From NCBI RefSeq assembly GCF_036321535.1, contig NC_087437.1, positions 35,404,001 to 35,468,000 of the forward strand: a stretch of DNA of 64,000 bases, written 5' to 3'. The stretch is from Camelus dromedarius. Its lineage: Eukaryota. Below the pieces are notes generated by a model. The model saw only the letters and a list, made by a program, of their open reading frames with translations. It was not told where the DNA came from and did not search any database. The position numbers and the translations under genes were made by a program. Positions 40,300-51,785 of this stretch are shown one piece after another; within the stretch, counting starts at the first letter, position 1, and every line of letters starts with the position of its first letter.

Positions 40300-40690
40300 A
40301 CAAACAACCCAAATGTCCATTTATTGATAAGCAGATACACAGAATGTGGTATGCCCATGTTCTTTAGCCACAAAAATAAGTGAGTTACTGACACGATGCA
40401 GCCTGGATGAGCACTGAAAACATTACACTCAATGAAAGGAGCCAGCCATAAAAAGCCACATACTGTCTGATGCCATTTGATAGCATATCCACAGTAAGAA
40501 AATACACAGAGACACAAAACTACCAAGGTACCAGGAGAGAGGAGAATGGGGAGAGATTGCTAAGGGGCATGGAGTCTCTCTGAAGCAGACTAAATTATGG
40601 TATCAGATATGGGGTGATGGTTGTACAACCTTCTGAATATACCCATGAATAAAACCCACGAATTGTGCAATTTTTGGATAGGTGGGTTAT
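40300..40690 (+). mobile_element. Old L1 3' fragment carried inside the retrocopy (antisense to the SCAN gene)
   Basis: AAACAACCCAAATGTCCAT...GGTGATGGTTGTACAACCTTCTGAATAT resembles old L1M 3' ends; it supplies the cryptic antisense AATAAA. Confidence 0.7.
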
Positions 40691-41240
40691 AGCTTAAGAA
40701 AGCTGCTTTTGTTTAAGTACTATGGTTTCTACCCTTTGATATAAGAGGCCAAGCAGACAAAAGGAACTGCAGAGACGCATGTGAGTGAACGAGTAAACAA
40801 TGCCAGGGAGGACCAACAGCTGTAGCCGACCGTCCCTCCTGCAGGCTGCACTGCTGCCACCTTCTCGCAGCGCGTGAGCACACGCGCAGCCCAAGGTGCA
40901 GGGGCCACACATCAGGAGCTGCAAAGCCACGCCAGCCAGGCTGACCTCCCTGGTCACCAACTCCTGCCTCCACCCACTTCTGGAGAAAGACGGACACCCT
41001 ACCTGTGACTGGTGGTCTCACTGTCGAGCTCTCAACCCAGACTGGGCTCCAACAGGCCAAGGACCTTGCCTATTTCCCTTCCGTGCTGGATCCACAGGGC
41101 CTGGGTGCACTCGGTGAATTTGCGAGGAAGGAGAAACAGAAGAGAACAAAGGCCCAGTGACCCTAAGCCCGAGAGATGCAACGCCAACCTCAGGCTCACA
41201 CCTCTGGGAGGCTCAGAGGTTAGAAAAGTCTACAAACACA

Positions 41241-41780
41241 TCATAGCTTCTGAATCCTCTTCCCGCCTATGAGGACACGGTGGCCTGGGCAGAACGGGCA
41301 GGCACTCAGGGCCTGGGGTTGTGGCCCCTTGCACGTCCCCTGCCCCCAGGCCTCCTCACCAGCCCCAACCCCTTGGGGCTCAGCGGTCTCCTGCATCTGA
41401 TCGAGGTCCTCCACCAGCGCCACAGCCTCTTCCTCACTCTCAGGGCACTGGGATTCCACCCAGACCTGGGTGTCGCGTGGCAGCGCGCCCAGGAACTGCT
41501 CCAGCACCAGCAGCTCCAGCATCTGCTCCTTGAAGTGCATCTCGGGCCACAGCCACTGGTGGCACAGCTCCTGTGGCAGGGCTAGGCCCTCGAGGGGTCC
41601 TGCTACCTCCTGGTAGCTGAAGCTGCGGAATCGCTGCCGGGGATCCCTGCCAAGCCCAGGCAACAGGTATTGGGGCTGAGGTGTGGAGGATGGTATAGGG
41701 TCCCATGGGGTGGCCTCGTCCTCCTCCATCTTGATGACCATGAGTTCTTCCTGATTGATGGAAGCTGGGTCGGCTGCCAT
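41241..41780 (-). CDS. SCAN-domain-only ORF (179 aa) within the retrocopy; probably pseudogenic
   Basis: [15 protein letters not shown]...[31 protein letters not shown]...[20 protein letters not shown] is a clear SCAN domain; Kozak GCCATGG; reads through a likely donor at 41360/41359 into intron; no zinc fingers. Confidence 0.75.
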   Translation of the reverse strand: MAADPASINQEELMVIKMEEDEATPWDPIPSSTPQPQYLLPGLGRDPRQRFRSFSYQEVAGPLEGLALPQELCHQWLWPEMHFKEQMLELLVLEQFLGALPRDTQVWVESQCPESEEEAVALVEDLDQMQETAEPQGVGAGEEAWGQGTCKGPQPQALSACPFCPGHRVLIGGKRIQKL

Positions 41781-42381
41781 GGCAAGCCCTGGGGAAGCTG
41801 GCCTCCCCTGCCCTCACACAGGCCACACACACTGTCTTCCTGGGACACACACCCACCCAATCAGGGCCATTACCACCCACACCCCTCCACCCACACACAC
41901 CCTGCAAGGCCACTTGCTGTGAGGGAAACTGTCCCCAAACCTGGCCAGGGACACCTTCAACCTTGACCTCCCTACCTGTGCCCTCAAGAGGACGCCTCAC
42001 ACTGGGAATCTGGATGGGAGGACAGGGAAGCTTTCAGGAGCTCAGGCCAGACTGGGCCAAGGCAGGAGGGCTGCTCTAGGGGACAAGGTGTGGACATGTG
42101 ACAGAGAGAACCCTGCCAGTAGCCAAGCAGAGGTGCTGGCGGGAACTAGTAGAGGGTCCGAGCCCAAGGTGGCTCTGCACAAGTAAAGGATGCTGTCTGT
42201 GGGGCTCTAGAAAGAGTGATGAGAGGGACAGATGCAATGACAGACCAACGCAGTGCAGCCGCACAGGTACAGCAAGAATCGCCCCTTCACTGGAAGGCCT
42301 TCTTTCCCTCATGGCAGACTCCTGTGGAGCCTGAGAAGCCTGGCTCAACTCAACTAGTAAAGGTCAACAATGGACATCGAG

Positions 42382-42504
42382 GGGGGGGAGGGTACAGCTC
42401 AAGTGGTAGAGTGCATGCTAAGCATGAATGAGGTCCTGGATTCAATCTCCAATACCTCCTTTAAGAAAGAATAAATAAACTTAATTACCACCCTACCCCC
42501 ACCA
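42382..42504 (+). mobile_element. tRNA-derived SINE (Vic-1-like) inside the retrocopy intron
   Basis: GGGGGAGGGTACAGCTCAAGTGGTAGAGTGCATGC...; degenerate TSD AACAATGGACATCGAG (42366-42381) / AAAACTGGACATGGAG (42505-42520). Confidence 0.85.
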
Positions 42505-44579
42505 AAAACTGGACATGGAGAAACGTTCACTCTACAATGCTAAACAGGAAAGTGAACTGTCCCCCTCCTCGACATGATCCCACTGATTTTAACATTTTAA
42601 ACCAACAAACAGGAGCTACTGCTACAAATGTTCAGAAAAGAATCCTGAAAACCACCAAATCTTCAGCTGGCAATTCTGAGGAAAGGAATTGTAGGACGTC
42701 TTTTTTTCCCTTTGTAACGTCTGCATACGATCTGAAATTTTCTTTCTTTTCTTTTTGCAATGGCCATTTATTACAATTGTTAACTTCAAAAAATAATACA
42801 AATATTTTTCAATGCCAGTGCATGTGTTTAAAGAGTGGTCAGGACTCCGCAGAACCAGGCCTCCCCATCCGAAGCACCCAAGCTGGGGGCCCCTCACCCT
42901 CAGGTGCCTGAGATGACAGCTAGAGCGCAGGACAGACTGGGCAGTGGAATCAGCAAATGCAAAGGCCAGGGCGATCTTGCAGAGCCTTCAGCCGGGGAAG
43001 GATCTGCATTTTAATTTTAATCTCTGAGTGCGGGAGCGTCCCCACATGCAGTTTTACTCTAGGGAAGGACGAGCGCCGGTGCAGCCTGAGTAAAGAGGGG
43101 GGCCTGAGCTGTGGAAATCCAGAAAGACTTCCCAGGGGGAGGTGACCAGGTTTAGGGGGAGCTGGGTGGAAAGGCAGGCGGACGGAGGCCCAGGACTTCT
43201 TTCCTGGAAGGGATCAGCCCCAGTCACTGGGCACAGACCCGGAGGCTTGGCGAGAGCCCAGCCCAACCCGGAACCACTTCCGGGTCAGGACCTGTCCCGC
43301 CGGACTCCACGTCCCATCAACCCCCGCGCCTCTTTTCCCCTCAGACTCGCCGAGGCTCCCTGTAAGTCGGGTGGTGCTCATTCACCCCACCTCTCCTGCT
43401 GGCCTGTGGGCAGCTGCACACCCTACCCCCGGCGTTTCCGACGCGTTTTTTGTGTCGCGCCCGGACTCACTGCCCCGGGGAGCCATGCGGACGGCGTGGA
43501 AACAACGCTGCGCAGGAACAACGACCAATCACATTGGGGCCTCAGGACCGGGAGCTTCCGGAGGTCTGCAAATCTTGAACTCCCAATTTATCCTTTCCCA
43601 CCCTCTTCACCTCTGGTAACCACAGGTTTGTTTTCTTTATCTGTAAGTCTGTTTCTGTTTTATAAATAAGTTCATTTGTCTTTTTTTTTTTTTTTGATTC
43701 CACATATAAGTGATATCATATGGTAGATTTTCTTTCTCTTTATGGGTTGCTTCACTTAGAATGATTATCTCCAGGTCCATCCATGTTGCTGAAAAGGGCA
43801 TTATTTTATTCTTCTTTCTATGGCTGAGTAGTAAGTATTCCATTGTATAAATATACCACAACTTGTTTATCTAGTCATCTGTTGATGGACATTTAGGTTG
43901 TTTCCATGTCTTGGCTATTGTAAATAGTGACAGAATCAGATAATTTTTGAGAAAAGAGAGCTTGATATTTGACACCTGCATGAAGTAGATAGCTTCTACC
44001 CAAGATCCACAGAATAAAATCCAGCTGACTAGAGCCACAGAGTATCATGCTTTAATCTACATGCTCTTGTTCTTTATCTTCTCCAACTGTTTTATATGTT
44101 CTGTGCTGCTTTAAATTTCTGAATCTACTGACATCTACTTGTTCTCCTTTCACTTTATGATACAAAATCCACATTATAAATACTGCTCTTCATATTATTA
44201 GCAGCTCCTTCGTATGTGTTCAGTGCCTGGCTATAACTTTCTTGTGATTTGGCTGAAAGATAAATCAGACCTACTTAGTCCCATTACTACCAGTTCTTTC
44301 TAATAAATTAGCCAGGATATTGGTTGATTGGACTCAACTACTAAGCAACTTCTTAGAGTGTAAACAACACCAGTCTGGATAGTCAGAAGTCTAAAACTCT
44401 TAGGTACCACATCTAGGATAGGAGGGTTCTATCTTTGTTAAAACAATATCGAAGAGCTTCTCATAGTTCAAAACTTTCACAGAAATGAGCTTAGAATATG
44501 ACTTTGTAACAAAACTTTCACAGAAATAGAGCTTGGAATATGACTAAGAAAAGTACAGTATACAAGTGAAAGCCATCTA

Positions 44580-44968
44580 GTATGGACTGAATTATTTCCC
44601 ACCCAAATTCATATGTTGAAGTCCTAACTCCCAATGTAATGGTACTTGGCTATGGTGGTCTTTGGGAGATAATTAGGTTCAGATGAAGTCATGAGGGTAG
44701 GGCCCTCATGGTGGAATTAGTGCCCTGATAAGAAGAGACACAAGAGTATTCTCTCTTTCACTCTCTCTCACGTTCACTCACTCCCTGCCATATGAGGACA
44801 TAACAATCATCCAGCCATCTGAAGGCCAGGAAGAGAGCTCTCATTAGAACCCACTCAGGCTGGTACCCTGATAACAGACTTCCAGTCTTTAGAACTGTGA
44901 GAAAATAAATTTCTGTTGTTTAAGCCACCTAGTCTATGGTGTTTTCTTATAGCAGCCTGAGCTAGGCT
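44580..44968 (+). mobile_element. MLT1-type MaLR LTR
   Basis: TATGGACTGAAT...CCCAAATTCATATGTTGAAGTCCTAACTCCC...AATAAATTTCTGTTGTTTAAGCCACC...TATAGCAGCC. Confidence 0.8.
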
Positions 44969-46889
44969 GTCACTTCATTTTAACAGACCTGCAAGAAGGC
45001 TTACATCTTAAGCTTAACCTCATACTGTTTTACTATAGCTCTAACTGATGATCTGCCTAATTTAAATGTCACCATCTGAGTCCAACCCACTCTAAATGAG
45101 TAGCACTAAAAGTTTACAGAATAATTAGGCAACCCCCAAGGGTATTTTGACTCAAAAAGAATACTGGGTGACTCCCAACAAATGGTGTTGGATTTGTGCA
45201 TGAAAAGTTTATTGCCTACTACCTGCAAAACTAGACAAGAGTCTGATTATCTTAGTAGCTAATGCCTGTATTTACCCTGAGACCATTTTGATAATGCCAT
45301 TTTTCCTCTCTCAAAAAAAAAAAAAAAAAAGGCAAAAGAAAAACAAACAAAAAGAAATCTTTAGGTAAGCTAGTTAAAAAAGAAGAAAAACCAAGTTTCA
45401 AGTTGAGACTCCAAAATTTAACTTCTAAAAGAGAATTTTAGGCTTCTTTCTTCTGTCCTTAAATCTCATTCTTGCTTTACAACGTGTCTATAGGTTGAGG
45501 GGCATATGATAGTTCACATATTGACAGAAGAGTATGAAAATGCCATCAAAGCCATAGATGTCCTTGCCTAGGAAGTTTGTGAGATCAGATTGGTGGTGAT
45601 TCTAAACACAGCAACCCTAGATTTTATATTGTTCTCTATTACCCTACAGACTTTTTCTGTAATTATTATTATTTCTAAAACACTTGGCAACAAATAACTA
45701 AATCATGTGCTACAGGCTCTTCACATTGGGAGTTGGATCTATTCTCTCCTTTGATTTAAGCACTCTTTACTCTTGGCTTAGAAGTAGATTATAAACTCTG
45801 ATAAAAATCCTTTTTTAGTATTTCCCTGTGTCATAGTCCTCAAATGTGTTATCTTCAGAGTTTTAAATGTTTATATATAGCCACTTTTCTGTCAAATGAT
45901 CCAATAGGTTATCTATCATCCAACAAGGAAACTTAGTACATAACTATGACCCATCAAATAGAAGTGCACATTTGGATTGATTATTACCCCAGGTGACAAA
46001 TGATCTGTCCTCTAGAATAGACTGGAGAATGACCAAAAATGGAAATTAATAACTGAAACCAACACAATTTCTTGTCTCTGTGTTCAACAATCATTTAAAC
46101 CATTCTTTCCTCTGCCTGTGAACATAATGTTTTTGCTGGGAGTTAACTATGAGGAAACTGGGCATATAGCACTGTCCTTATTTAAATAGTCCTGAGACCA
46201 AGCACAAGGTAGTTACTTGTTCCAGGAAATACCTTTTTACTGGAATATAAGACTAAAGCAACTAACATGCTCTTTAAGAACAACAGCTTCCTTATCAAGG
46301 CTGCTTCAAGGCAACTGCCCTCCTGTGCCCACAAATCCGAAGCTAGTGTGTCATAACTGGCCCGTTGCGAATAGGATCCTGCCTTGCAACATCTGCCTTA
46401 AACTTACTCAGCCCAGGCCCTAAAACTTTCCTGTAATTTCCCAATTTCCAGCTTTTGAGATACCATTAAGACAGTCAAGGTGGTGTTCTTCCTTATTGCA
46501 GTACATTTAATAAACTCATATTTGCTTAATCAGTATATTTTCTTGATGGTGTCTGAGAGAGAGCTTTAGTACCTTTTGCCTCTGTTTCTTAAATGAATGG
46601 GACTATTTTTATGGCATCTGAAACTCACAGTAGTCTTGTATGGGAAGAAAACACTCTCAATCTGATTTGCTCAAGGGTGAAACACTTTGCTTAACTGAGT
46701 AATCAATGAGGTCTTGTCCTTCAGAGTTATTTTCAATCTTTTATTCTTATAGCTGAGGTCTAAAAGCAGCTGAGTTTTCTGATTTTCCAGTCCTTCAAGG
46801 ACTTGCATTTCTGGATTATCTAGTCCTCTTCTTTTTCCCTTTAAACCAGTTAATTCTTTCCTTAGCACATCTCTTTACTTTAATACCTT

Positions 46890-47256
46890 GCATTTTAGTC
46901 TGTTCAGGCAGCTATAACAAAAATATTATAGACTGGGTGACATTAACAGCAAACATTTATTTCTCATAGTTGTAGAGGCTGGAAACAAGATCAGTATGCC
47001 AGCATGGTCAGGTTCTGGTGAAGACTCTCTTCCTGGCTTGCAGATGGCCGTCTTCTTGCTGTGTCACCACATGGCAGAGAGGGAGAGTTCTAGTCTCTTA
47101 CTCTTCTTTTAAGGGTACTAATCCCTTTGTGAGGGCTCCACCTTCATGACCTCATCTAAACTACCTCTCAAAGACCCCACTTCCTAATACCACCACATTG
47201 GGGATTAGGGCTTCAACATATGAAGTTTTGGGAGACACAAGCATGCAGACCAACAC
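46890..47256 (-). mobile_element. MLT1-type MaLR LTR
   Basis: Homologous to 5774-6685 and 55668-56410 (GCTATAACAAAA..., GGGCTTCAACATATGAA). Confidence 0.75.
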
Positions 47257-50200
47257 ATTTTGCAAAGAAGCTGAAAGGAAAAGTAATACACACTTTAACT
47301 TTTTGCAGCCACTTTCTTCAGAGATAGAGGCTCAGTGGGCTACTTATTTGCACTCCAGATTATCTCAGGTGACAGTCCTGCTGACTATTTTGCCATTGTG
47401 TCTAATAACATAAGTCTCTATTTTTGCAGTCTTTAATACCAATTCCTTTACTATGTAATGCCTGACCACTAGTAACCCCACTCCTGATTTCTATTTCTGT
47501 GTTAATTTGGGTAATGCCAATTGTTGACAAAAGGATAATAAAATACTAGTGAATTAACCCAGATTTATATTACACTTATGTAATAGTCCAAAGCAGGTAT
47601 TCCTGATTAGTGAGCACCTTTTTCTACAGCATTAATCCATACTGTGGCTCTCTATCTTCAGTTCCTGCCTTTTAAGATTGAGATGATATTTGACTCAAGT
47701 TGGGGAATGTGGAAGGTGGGAGCATTGAGGTTGCATGTGGGACATTTTTTTTTTTTTTTTTTTTTTTTTTGCAGTTTAGGCCAGAAGGGCACACATCACT
47801 TATGTGTGAGGTATATGTTGCATATAATAGACAATCTTCATCCCCTATAATCTTGGCTAAGCAGTATGCTGAGAATAGTACCTTATGAACTTGAGAAGAA
47901 CACACAGCTACATGTTAGCTGTAGCTTAATCAAATGGATAAACCTGACTGCAAGGAAGCCTGGAAAATGGGGCAGAGCTGTAAGCCTAGCAAGAAAAGGA
48001 AATGAGTGCACTGAAAAGCTAGTCAGTCTCTGCCACAGTTGTGTATTTTTAAGCACGCAGGTTGACACATAGGTAAACAGAAGCCCCGAGACAGTGTCAG
48101 GCAGTAAGCAACAGTGCCAGAAATAGAGATGGATGAGTTCAGTCTGTGATGTGGCTGGGGAAATGGTTGGCAAGAGGCGTCATTATGCTATTATGTATGG
48201 ATTGGAAAAGACATCAGATGTGATAGGGATGAGTAGATATACAGAACTGATGTACAGAAATTGTAGATAAAGGTATTCCTGTTGGAGGCAACATTGAATG
48301 TAAATGTTTAGGGGCAGAAATAATTATAACATGTTTGAAGAGCTTGAGAGGATTTGCTTGGTTATGAAGATTTCTTTTAGAGATTAAGAAAGATGACTAA
48401 AGATGTTGGAATGGAGCTGAGGTCCTTGAATGCTGCTCACACTACAAGTCATAATCTAGAGTCATTTAAATAGTATTGACCATTTAGAATCATTGTCTGC
48501 TTATAATTTTATTCTCTTTAGGCCTGATGCATATATTTCAGCATTTGATGTTTTCCTTTAGGAAGAAGAGAGTCTGTGTGAAGAAGAGATACACAGACTC
48601 TGAAAAGGGCATGGATTGGGAATGGCCTATTATGCATTCATTATATTGCTTCAATGTCAGTGGGATTTTTCTGGGTCGCTGGTAGTTGTGTGCATAATGG
48701 TTGGAAGATTGAGTCCTAATTACTAAGACTAGCATTGCAGAGGTACTGCTAAGTACAACTTTGTTGGAACATAATATCTTTGTCTGAGATGATTAGACAT
48801 TACAGATAGGCCATTTAGAAATGCACAGGTAAAACTCTAATTTTCTCTGTCCAATCAGTGTAATTCTAATAGATAATGTGCCTGATTTTTTAAAATAAGA
48901 AACTGATAATAAAAATCTTTCAAAAGAAATAGTCTATTTAAAATGAGAAGAGAGTCAATTCATAATGATCTAGTGTTCACATGGGGTTTCATCATAATAA
49001 AAGAAGTTAATTTTATATTTTTGTATCCCAGTAACCTGAAATGTGCTTCAAAGAAACACAGTGAGCTGTTTAGGGAGGGTGAAGAGAACAGATATAAGGG
49101 GATCCAATCCTACATCTCTAGTGATGGTTTTTTCCCTACTTAGGATGACCTAAGTTCTTTTTTGGGAAAAATAATCATGACTGCTCAATTTAATCTTTTT
49201 TAAAGTTGCTGACAGTAAACCCAATTTCAAGATAATTTGTTTATATTGTTATAAAACTTTAACAGTGGTGTTCTCATCTTTGAATACTCAAAAATGGTGC
49301 TGGGTTGAACCTTTTAATGACTGTATGATTAATGTGTCAGGTATATATTGCATATGATAGACAATCTTCATTCCCCATAATCTTAGCAGAGCAGTATGCT
49401 GAAAGAAGTACCTTATGAACTTGAGAAGAATATCTGAATTCTTTCTTTTTCTTATATAAGTGTTATTATTAATAAGTAGAATAACTATATAATTTATTAA
49501 CTAGACTGAGACACTTTTGAGAATGAAAGTTTGGTACCATTAATATTTACTCTGGAAACATAGATATTAACTAGGGTCTGTGGTACTTATTGAAAATCTA
49601 CATGAGTAACTGAAACTGGCAAGAAAGGTGAAAAATCAGGCCTTAGTTTATCATTTACCACTTCAGTGTGGCAGGGTCTCTACTAAGCATCATACATACA
49701 TTATCTCATTTAATTCCCATCCACACATGAGGTAGTTATTGTTATAGTCATATTCTAGATGAGAAAAAATAGAGGTTAAATAATTCTTATAGAGGTGATT
49801 AACTCCTCTAAGATTCCATATCTGGTAGGTGGCAAAGGCTGATTTTAAGTTTTATGTATTTATATAAATTATGGAAAATAGCACTATAGACAGTTTGACA
49901 GTAAAGACATAAATAGCCCACAGTTCTATTATAGCTCTAATATCACTATTATAATCTTTAAAATTTTATTTCTGGCTTGTTTTAATGGGTGCTAGTTCTT
50001 TCAAAGAAATTAAGAAATTATTACCAGAGTAATAACACATATGATAAAAGAATTTAGACAGTACAGAAAAACATAACATAAAAAGCAGAAGGCACTATTC
50101 CTTCTCATACTTCATACCTGAATATTCATATTCCATAATGATAATTTTTAGTAATTCTTCTAGAAGACATTTTTCTTCTACACAGTGCTTCTCCTAGAGA

Positions 50201-50911
50201 TTATCTCAGTAACTCTAAAATAATGTGCACTAAAAAAAAAAAATAATGTGCACTTTCCCCATTTTGTGATTAATCATCTTTACACAGCTTCTGATGACTC
50301 CCTGCTATGAGAGGCAAAGTATTAGTTTCCTATTTTCTTCTCATTTACCTCTCAATTTATAATAACTATAATTTTATTTTATTGATTATCTTCATAACTT
50401 TTTATAATAAATTTATATTTTCTAATTGTAAAAATGGTATATGCTCATGGCCAAATTAGAAAAACAAATAAAAGTGTAAGGAGGGAGAAAAGGTGACCTG
50501 AAATCCCACCCTCACTATCAGACCTTACATTAATATATTTTGGAGGCCATATTTCATGCCATTCTTTGCCAGTACATTAACATACGCATGCTCGTGTTCC
50601 AAAACACCTATATGCTTCTTTTCACATAATTGGGATTGCATGAAGCCCTAGGTTGGGTTTTCTAGGATAGAAAGGGAGTCTATGTGCAGGAAATTAATTG
50701 GACACAGGATGAAAGAGCAAGGGAAGCAAAATGGGGCAGTGGGAGAAACTGAACTGTGCTGCAGTCACTATAGAAATCTCAACCAATTCAATGGGGAACT
50801 CAGGAACCCTCTGTTATAACATATTGAGATAAGAGGGCTAGGCTTTTGTATCCCTGCATAGACTGGTCACTGGGTTTTGGACTAGCTTCCTTCAGGGAAG
50901 GAATATAACCT

Positions 50912-51785
50912 TGTAAAAGGAAACCATTTTTTCTATTACTCTTACCATTTCTGACACCAAATGTCTGGGTTTTTCCTGCAGTTCTCCAACTCTTGGTGTA
51001 CACCGACTGGGTGTCCTGCAATTTAACTCATTCTGACAAAAACTATAGGGAATTAGTACAGATCCCAAAGATTAAGGGCTCAATCCCACAAGATGGCTCC
51101 TCATTTCTGACTGATCAGCTGTGAATCGGGGGTTTCCATGACAACCTTCTTTTGTTGGTTAATTTTCTGCAGTGGCTAACAGAAAGTGGTTTATTTACTA
51201 GTACCTGTTTATTATAGAAGGTACAGCTCAGGAACAGCCAGATGGAAGAGATGCAGAGGATAAGGGATAAGGAAAGAACACAGTTTCCATGCTTTCTCTG
51301 GGCAAATTACCCTACCAGTTCCTCCATGTGTTAACCAACCTGGAAGTTCTTCAACTCTATTTGGCTAGAGTTTTTTTTCAAAGTTCATTATGTAAGCATG
51401 ATTGACTAAATCATTGACCACTGATAATTAAACTTGATCTCCAACCCCTCTTCTCTTCCCATGAGATAGAGAGTCGGGCTGAAAGTTCCAAATTTCTAAT
51501 CATCTCTTAGTCTTTCTGGTGACCCACCTCCATCTTGAAGCTATCCAGGAGCCCATAAAAAGTCATCTCCTTAAAATAAATGACACTTCTTTTACCCAGG
51601 AAGTTTTAAGGGATTTTAGAGCTCTGTGTCAGAAACAGGACTTAAAGACCAAACATTTAGGGAAAAAAAAAGAGAGGCTCTTAGCATTCCTGTCAATCAG
51701 GAAATTACAAGGGTTTTAGGAGCTCTGTGCCAGGAACCAGGGACAAAGACCAAATATACAGTTCTTATTATATCACAATATCACA
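50912..51785. mobile_element. MER21-like LTR inserted in an older LTR-like element
   Basis: TG...CA ends; characteristic GGTTTTAGGAGCTCTGTGCCAGGAACCAGGGACAAAGACCAAATATA...TATCACA terminus with an internal near-duplicate. Confidence 0.65.

Larger units (their letters stand above)
40292..43561 (-). pseudogene. Retroposed, intron-retaining copy of the 5' part of a SCAN-domain (ZSCAN/ZKSCAN-type) gene
   Basis: 14-bp TSD AGGTCTGCAAATCT (40278-40291, 43562-43575); - strand AATAAA at 40320-40325, ~20 nt before an A7 tail (40293-40299); CpG-rich 5' end; retained splice sites; SCAN exon. Confidence 0.82.
40076..43930 (-). mobile_element. 5'-truncated L1 (~570 bp of L1) split into 40076-40291 and 43562-43930 by a later insertion
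   Basis: T10 tail at 40071-40080; TSD CAGAA[G/T]CAGATAATTTTT at 40058-40075 and 43931-43948; L1 3'UTR text breaks at GGTCTGCAAATC and resumes at 43562; ORF 43637-43861 is the ORF2 C-terminus. Confidence 0.9.
39060..46560 (+). mobile_element. Decayed ERV1-type internal region (integrase and env remnants, probable 3' LTR), interrupted by nested insertions
   Basis: Translated remnants: ESTNRILK*KFSKLSESFELPGSKVFPLTLMIMKWTP (~39520-39630) and HNLKCGDLVF*KR (~39825-39865) resemble gammaretroviral-type integrase; EIRLVVILNTATLDFIL (~45580-45632) resembles the env TM immunosuppressive region; LTR-like tail with AATAAA near 46509. Boundaries approximate. Confidence 0.7.

Noticed and set aside
41241..41780. 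Assigning a specific ZSCAN/ZNF gene symbol, or calling this the native gene locus
   Set aside because: SCAN domains are too similar to assign by eye; the TSD, A-tail and absence of zinc-finger exons indicate an inserted copy.
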